Assembly: GCA_051294375.1 (NCBI GenBank)
Contig: JBJCIZ010000250.1
Coordinates: forward strand, 1 to 43,286
From: Paraspadella gotoi
Taxonomy: Eukaryota; Animalia; Chaetognatha
DNA: 43,286 nucleotides
Reading direction: 5' to 3'
The notes under the pieces are model-generated. The model was not told the DNA's origin, searched no databases, and saw only the letters and a list, made by a program, of their open reading frames with translations. Position numbers and translations under genes: made by a program. Positions 35,661 to 43,286 of the stretch are shown piece after piece. Position 1 is the stretch's first letter. The number at the start of each line of letters is the position of its first letter.

Positions 35661-37351
35661 GAAAACTTATATTCAAGACCTATTACAATGAAAAATACTT
35701 TTAGAAATTGTTCCGTTTTCTTAGTCGATTGCTTATCAGCAGATCCGTCTTAACTCACTTTTTATACTCACTTTTTTTCGGCCGTCGGTCGCCGCTCAAT
35801 TATTGTCGGGCAAACACTTATATCAATGTCAAACATCGAATTATGATAAGTTATCAAAAAAAATGATGTCCGTCGCCTCTGTCTGTCCGTCCGGTCGTCG
35901 TCCGTCCGTCCCCTTAATAGCAAATAACACCAATTACGGGGGTTTTTGGATTGATGGATTTAAATGTGTATAATTTTTTGTGTGTGATAGGTAATTGTGT
36001 GTGATGTGTCTGGATATGAGTTTTCGATTGTGATATGCTGTCCATGTTGTTAATTGGAGTTGTGAAGATGGAAATTAACATAATTAATGATATATTTTTC
36101 GTATTGGAAATGCCATTTGCCTCTATGATTGGAATTGGCTGATTGTACTCTTTTGGCAATTTTATGTGGTAGGAATTGTTGTTATTGTACAGGAAACAAG
36201 TTTTCGATGGAATAGTTGATGGAAATGAGTTTAAAGGAAAAAACAAACCAACATGTTTTATTACTATGATTATGCTCTTTTGCTTTTATATTAAATGTGT
36301 ATGCTGCAGGATTATTAATAAATACATAATTTAATCAGTTAATTAATCAATTAGTAATAATTAATAATAATTAATTAATTAGTCATTCAATCCGTCATCC
36401 GTCATCTTAGCAAAAAGCTCCAATAAAACTCGTGATTGGCTGGTTGGATATGGAATTTATAATTTTATGTGTGGGTCGGGAGTGTGTGAATAAATTGCTG
36501 AATCCGTGTGAGTGGAAATTAGTTTAAGATGGAAAACATAAGTGAATTTATAAAATCTTTTTATTTATTTACCAATAAATACTTTCCATATCATATTGGA
36601 TGGATAGATTGAGTTGAATTTGGTGTGTGGGTAGGAAAACGTATGAGCAAGCTTGAATATAAAAGTTTCAGTGGAAGTACCAGTGGAAAATGAAGTTTAA
36701 AATAAAAAATATGAGTCACATTTACTTGAAATCTTTTTATTTTATTTTACCCATGATAGTGGGATGAATTTTGTGGCCGGTAGAGTGAGTGAGAAACTAG
36801 TATATAAATTATTGACGGAAATGCAAGTTGAAAAAAATTAAATGCAAAAGTTGATAAAATGAATGCAAGTAAAAAATCTTAAAAGCCATAAGGATGTACT
36901 ATCTGCATAAAAAGAGAGAGAGAGAGAGAGTGAAGAGAGAGTGGAAGAGAGAGAGAGAAGAGTGAGAGAGAAAAAGAGAGAAGAGTGAGAGAGAGAGAGA
37001 GAGAAGGAAGACTAAATAAAAAATCTTAAAAAAGACTCAAAGATCGAGCCAGAGCCACTAATATGAAAAATTATGAAAAAAAGGAAAAACGAATGAACAT
37101 GCGATAACGAATTGTTTGATGTACTTAGTATTGATTGAGGTTATATAATTGATGATGTAATAGTAATTTATTGATGTTATGGAATTGATTATTGACTATC
37201 GATGAAATGAATTTTGATGGCGATGAAGTCGCATTCACTGCTGTGATGATAGTCTTCAGTGAATGGAATGATGTCTTTCATTGATGCGATGATTGTCTTC
37301 ATTGATTGGATGATAGTCAATAAAAACAATTGCCGTGTTATGAGTGAAAGA

Positions 37352-37384
<33 letters not shown>

Positions 37385-37425
37385 AGAGAAGAGAGAGAAG
37401 AGAGGAGAGAGAAAGAAGAAGGAGA

Positions 37426-37463
<38 letters not shown>

Positions 37464-39133
37464 AAGAGAATAAATCACGAATCGGATGAAAATATGGATT
37501 TTGTATTGATAAAAAAGCGCGGAATAAATGGCATAATAAAAGTTTTAGAAGGAAAAATAATAAATTTATTCAAAAAACAACCGATACGGGAGGCAAAAGA
37601 TGGACAGATAGGGACAGACCACACAGAGAGACAGAGAGAAGAGGAGAGAGAGAGAAACAGAGAGAGAGAGAGAGACAGCCGTGCAGAGAAAAGAGAAAGA
37701 GAAAGAGGATATATAAGTAATTTTAAAAGAGAGAGAGAGAGAGAAGCTTACAGCCTTACGCGTTAAAGAATAGCAGTACTTATAGCGTCCGCGTAGCGGA
37801 GCTATTACTCTACCAAAGGACCCGGGTCGCTGTCGGGCAGTATTTTTTAAATTATGAACACATATATCAAAAATTTTTTTATGTAAAAAAAAAGAGAGAG
37901 AGAGAGCAGAGAGAAGGAGAGAGAGAAAAGAAGCTGGACAGACGCTGCAGAGGAACTCGTTTTTGAAAAGCGTGACGGAGAAAGAGAGAGAGAGAGAGGA
38001 CATATAATTAAAAGTTTTTGTTTGTTAAATAAAACATAACAAATAGCAATATGATATGAACACATGAGAATTAAAAGATCCTTGATGATGTAGCAGCCAA
38101 TAAAAATCATCCTAAATATATCACTTTCCAGAAGCCATGATTGCAAAAAAGCGAGACGAAGCTACGAAAAATCTAGAAGAGGGTTGCCGCGGTCGAATAG
38201 AGGATATTGGTTTGTTTTGATAAAATGTAAAAAACATTTAATAAAACTGTCTGAGCAATTTTAAAGGACATAGATGATGAAACTGATATAAATTATAATT
38301 AATCTATAATTAATTAATTAATTAATCCTATTAATTAATTAATCTATTATTAATTAATTAATTAATAATTATTAATTAATTAATAATCAATTAATTATTA
38401 ATTATAGTAGCAGATCCGACAATTGTATGCTCAAACTGTTTACAACAAATGTTGAGCTGCCCTCGATTTATCTTTCTTTTTCTTTTTTTTTTTGCTTACT
38501 TTAGTAGACGACGATTGAGAATTCAACCTGTTTTAAAAATGTTTATTTACATTAAATGCAGACGACGAGGAATTAAAAACAGATTATAAACGAATATAAA
38601 AAGATTTAAAACGACGTAAAAACGTACAACGTCGCACATTTTTCCACGAGGCAAATGAAGATTCTAAAAAAATTCCGAATCAAACGTTATTTAAAAATAA
38701 CCCAGATACCCCTTTTCCCTCTTCCTCAAATTATTCGTCGACGNNNNNNNNNNTCGTCGACGCGACTCCTGATCGCGAATTTGGGAAACTCGAACCAAGA
38801 TGTCGATCCTCAGCCGTCGGACGTTGAGTCGTCTCTCCCCTACGGCGACTCCCGATACAATAAGAACAATTTAATTACATTCAAATAGCAATAAATAATT
38901 AGGAAAAAATTTAAAGCGATAAAAAAAAAAAAAATTATCACAGCTGTGTTTCGCTATTCGGCTGTAATTTCTAAAGAAAAATCTAGATAGCTGTTAAAGC
39001 CTTTCAACTATTTAAATTATTGATTGGTACGTATATACAATAATTCTTATGCTACCTTCCTCAACTAAATCATCTATATAATAATTATAGTACATTTACT
39101 AACCATAACCGCAACCGTCACGTCAGGGTAATC

Positions 39134-39249
39134 ACCCGAGTAGTTCTCGGGCTGAAATAAATAAAGAAACACTCTTTGAGTGTTCCTCTCCACGGAAATC
39201 TTTAGTAAAAGGCGAAAGATTTGTGCGCTCTGAAGAGAAACCAGAGTTG
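39134..39249 (-). ncRNA. RNU5: U5 spliceosomal snRNA (variant Sm site)
   Basis: Minus strand reads ACTCTGGTTTCTCTTCAGAGCGCACAAATCTTTCGCCTTTTACTAAAGATTTCCGTGGAGAGGAACACTC...; invariant loop 1 GCCUUUUAC (plus 39205-39213); 3' hairpin GCCCGAG-AACTA-CTCGGGT; length ~116 nt. Confidence 0.93.
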
Positions 39250-39914
39250 ATAAGGGCGGTTTTTTTGTTCAATTTGAAATTATCGACTTCTGCTTCTAAA
39301 TGGTTTCTCTTAAAAAATTGAAAAAATATTTTTATCCCATTTAAATCTTTTTTATCGAAGCAGTACGATGTTTAAAATCATTTTTTCAGAATAAGGATAA
39401 AATAATTTTGTTTTGTTTGAAGTTATACTATAAAACTTTCTTCGAGTGATGAGTAATTCAGCGGACAGCAATTTTCTGCAATATGCAAATGAGATTAAAG
39501 TCACGTATTATATCCAGGACTATTTTTTTCAAAAACTGGGGAAAGAAATATTGAACAGAAAACAGTTTTAAATTCAACTTAATAAACTTTTAAAATAAAG
39601 TATCTCCTTACTTTTAGGACAGAAAAATTCATGAACATGTCCTAAACTTGTTTGCAGGCAAACGTTGCCCAACGTTTGGAATTTAGTAGGTATTAAAAAA
39701 CAGAAATGGGACGCTTTTGAAAATATGGAACCGGTCGAGTTTTCCTTGACGATCGAATCAAATTCAGAGTATATCCTAATGTTATTATAACTAGTAATTG
39801 TTAATTATTTACTCTACGTGGTTTTAATCATATCCACCATCTAAACCTTTACATACAAAACAAATTCAAAGCATTTGACCTTTAGGAATTTTTCTGGGAA
39901 CTTTTTCCGGGACG

Positions 39915-40085
39915 GACGAGGCCAATCACGTAAACCGTAAGTGCCGATTAAACCGGCCCAAGTGGAGGCCCAAGACGGGGCCAATCACGTGAACCGTTAA
40001 GAGCCGATTAAACCGGCCCAAGTGGAGGCCCAAGACGGGGCCAATCACGTGAACCGTTAAGAGCCGATTCAACGGGCCCATGTGG
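39915..40085. repeat. 60-bp tandem repeat x3 carrying CCAAT plus E-box
   Basis: GACGGGGCCAATCACGTGAACCGTTAAGAGCCGATTAAACCGGCCCAAGTGG... at 39915, 39974, 40034 (first unit has CACGTA). Confidence 0.9.
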
Positions 40086-40548
40086 CTCAGGCGAGATCAA
40101 CTTCCGGCCAACCGACGATTGCGCTTAAGGCGACGCAGGACGCTTCTGCAGCGGCGGTTCTGCCGCCGCAGCCGCAGCCGGCCGCTGCACGTTCCCGCCG
40201 CCGCACTTCTTAAAGGCGTCGCCATCTTGGCGAAAGTCGTGACCTCTGGGGGGAAAAAAAATGAATGAAGTTCGTCGTCATGGAAACGTCGGCGTTAGTT
40301 TGAATTCAATTCAAGAAAATTACATTTTTATTTCGTGTTAACATTAGACAAGCGTTTTTTTTTTTGGTGATAGCGAGGTGGTTACCGCTGTGAAAGAATA
40401 TGCCCGCTCACATTTCTTAGAATTTCAGTTCTGACATTAACATCTGTTTCGCTAAACTTAAGGAAATCGCAGAGTCCCGGGGACGAGGAAATGCACAGTC
40501 TAGAAAATTGTTTCCGTCACCAATGAGGTTCGTCCATCGCTAACATTG

Positions 40549-40830
40549 TCAGCTCCTTGTATTTTGATGCTGTAGCGTGGAGTACAATATAGAATTNNNN
40601 NNNNNNACAATTGAAACATACTTTGAAATATAAAACCACTTCATCGATCGGGATTCGGGGAAGCCAGGTATTCTGGGAGTACATAAACGAAACTGTGAGA
40701 GAGTCTTGATTGAAAGCTTGCAGGGATCTGTTATGCAATTATCTTGTAAGAGTGATGGAGGCCCTCAACCACCAAAGCCTGTCCCAAAGTCAGGAGAATA
40801 ATTCATAATATATAACGAATGGATAATTTT
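40549..40830 (-). repeat. Copy of the ~325-bp dispersed repeat (spans a 10-N gap)
   Basis: Same orientation and sequence as 2398-2665, plus the AGCTCCTTGTATTTT segment. Confidence 0.8.
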
Positions 40831-40963
40831 TTTCGACCGACGAAGTCTCTCCATCTCTATCTCTTTTTCTTCTCACCAAATCGTCGCGGCTCGAGGGATG
40901 AGTGAGAAGAGAGAGAGAGAAAGAGAGAGAGAAGAGACGAGAGAGAGAGAGAGAGAGAGAGAC

Positions 40964-41003
<40 letters not shown>

Positions 41004-41063
41004 CAGCTCAAAAAATCCAGCGCGGATCCGACTATGAATATTCGATTCACGCATCCCTGATTT

Positions 41064-41099
<36 letters not shown>

Positions 41100-41889
41100 C
41101 TCTCTCTCTAACTCTCTCTCTTCTCTCCTCGTCTCTTCTCTCTCTCTTCTCTCCTTTTCTAGTGTGAATTAAAAAGCCGTATTCACACAAAGAAAAAAAG
41201 AATCAAGGTTGAAGCTCCTTTTGGTGATTTGAAAACTGAGTGAATGAGAATAGAATATTTTAACCTTTTTTGAGTCAATGGCCTGCGCGTTAACTTAAAA
41301 CCTTCTTCTCTCTCTCCATCTCATCTCTCTCTCTCTCTCTCTAATCATCTCTCTCTAAATCTCTTTCTCTCCCCTTAACAGTAAAGACGGAAGCCCGCTG
41401 AAGCTCTGAATTTCAATCACCTCAAATCTTTCGTCAACTGGAATTTTCATCGCCGGAATCGCTCTCTCATCTCTCCTCTCTCTCTCTCTTTCTATCTCTT
41501 TGAGGCATATACTTGAAGTTCGCGGACACCAATTTGGTCATGTCTATTGTTTCCCGGCTGCCGGCTATTGTGTCTCCTCTCCGGGCTCAAGGTCGCGGAC
41601 CTGTCCCGAACCTGAAACCCGATGGGTCATCTCCTCTTTTCTTCTCTCTCTTCCTCTCGCGCGGCCATCGCGGGCTTTAATGATCAGAAGTCCGCGATAC
41701 CGACGGAGCTGAAAGTCGGGATTCGAGACTCTCTTCTCTGCTTTCTTTCATCCCAAAAGAATAAAAAGATATGACAACAAGAAAATAATAAACAAATTAA
41801 ATTGAAAAAAGAAAAAGGAAGAAAGAATAAGGAAGAAATGAAAGAAAAAAAAATACAGAGATATCTCAAGAAAGGAAAGAAAAGAAGGA

Positions 41890-41920
<31 letters not shown>

Positions 41921-43286
41921 GGAAAAAATAAAAAAAAGAAAAAAGAAAGAGAGGAATAAAAATAAAGTTAATTAAATTAAAACAATAAAAGTAAATTAGC
42001 ACTGCCAATACGAATTAAGGAAATAAATTAAAGCCAACCCTATTCATTTAGATTTAATTTCTTTTTATTTATTAATTTTTTAATTTTCTATCTTTCCATG
42101 ATTTTTTGATTTCTGACTTATTTCTTTTTTCCCTTAATTTTTTGTTTATTTTTTTTTTTAATTTTCATTTGTTTTATGGTATTTAATATGTTTTTTTTGT
42201 TCGTTCAGCTTTGCTCCACTCCTAGTAAAAGGCGACCTCTCAAAGACAATTGGCACAAAGACAGCTTCCCAGACAAAAGATATAGTTAAAAACTTTGCTA
42301 GACTTTTTTTTAGCAAAAATTATATTTTAGGTGCTAATTCCAATTAAAATTAAAAGGAAATAAATCAAAAACGAATGTTAAGTGCTGAAAAAATATTTTG
42401 TTTTTATTGATAGTGTTTAAATTATAAACTTACTGCCAAATCGATGATGATGATGATGATGATGATGATGATATAAAAATAACGATGATGATTATTTTAT
42501 ATATAACATAATTGAAGCGTGGTTCTTGAACATATTAAAAATACAAGTAGGCGAAGTTGGCAAAGACTCTGTTCAAACTTCAACGTAATGACGAAAAAAC
42601 GAGAATGGCAATATGGCGGAAAGATGGCGAGAATGGCATTAAATCGACGGAAATGGCAACGAGCGGGAGAAGAGGAGGAGGAAGAGGAGGAGGCGTCGAG
42701 ATGCCAAAAAAAAAGGAGATAAGAAGCGGAAATGAGAGAAGAAAGACTCGCGATTCAGCGAAATCTCATCAACGTCCAAGGATTTTCGCAGAAGGAGTTT
42801 TGAGAAGAGAAAGACTAAAAATGGGAGATTCGAATTTTGGCGTTTGACTTCTTCGTCGGTGATTCGTAGCTGGGATCGAGTCACGTCGTAATCGTTGCGA
42901 AGCGACACGATAAAGGACGACGAAAGAATGTTCCGGTTGTTTTTTTTTTTATTTATTTTTATCGAACCAAAGAGTCGAAGACAATAGCAAACGTAATAAG
43001 GATAAAATATGAATTCTCGAGAATTGAAAAGTATGTTTCCTGACGTTGATATTTTTTTCTTTGTCATCTCGTGTGAATTTGCTAATAATTTATCACTCTT
43101 TTTTTTTTTCAGAGAACGAAAAAATAAATGAAACCTCTTTGTTTGAAGAAAATTCTCGACTCAAAATTTAAGCTAAATCGACGACGTTGACGACGACGAA
43201 AAAGACGACGACGAAAACGACGACGACAATGACTGCAACGAAGATGACTCTCCCGAAATTTCCATCAAAGTCAAACGTTAACCCTT

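Noticed and set aside
42223-42235. 13-nt exact match to U5 loop 1 (TAGTAAAAGGCGA)
   Set aside because: Flanks cannot form the U5 stem and no other U5 similarity is present; compatible with chance.

Overview
A repeat-rich, gap-containing eukaryotic scaffold segment, most likely from an invertebrate animal. Nearly all ORFs in the supplied track are microsatellite or N artefacts. Supported content: (1) an 8-exon gene at 2954-6175 (+) for a secreted ~367-aa EEP-fold enzyme closely resembling bacterial sphingomyelinase C, with a GC-AG intron and a 1-nt phase discrepancy at exon 1/2; (2) a ~230-nt tRNA-headed Pol III/SINE-like unit at 27307-27537 containing what folds as a circularly permuted (type P5) twister ribozyme, with a covarying pseudoknot and almost no P1 stem, which is the most striking find; (3) a U5 snRNA gene on the minus strand at ~39134-39249 with a non-canonical Sm site; (4) a hammerhead-like core in a long palindrome, a GC-rich foldback element, MITE/HINE-like repeats and many mini/microsatellites. 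Much of 15.9-35.7 kb consists of duplicated segments that look like long-read gap-filling artefacts (25-N joins, identical noisy sequence) rather than real duplications.
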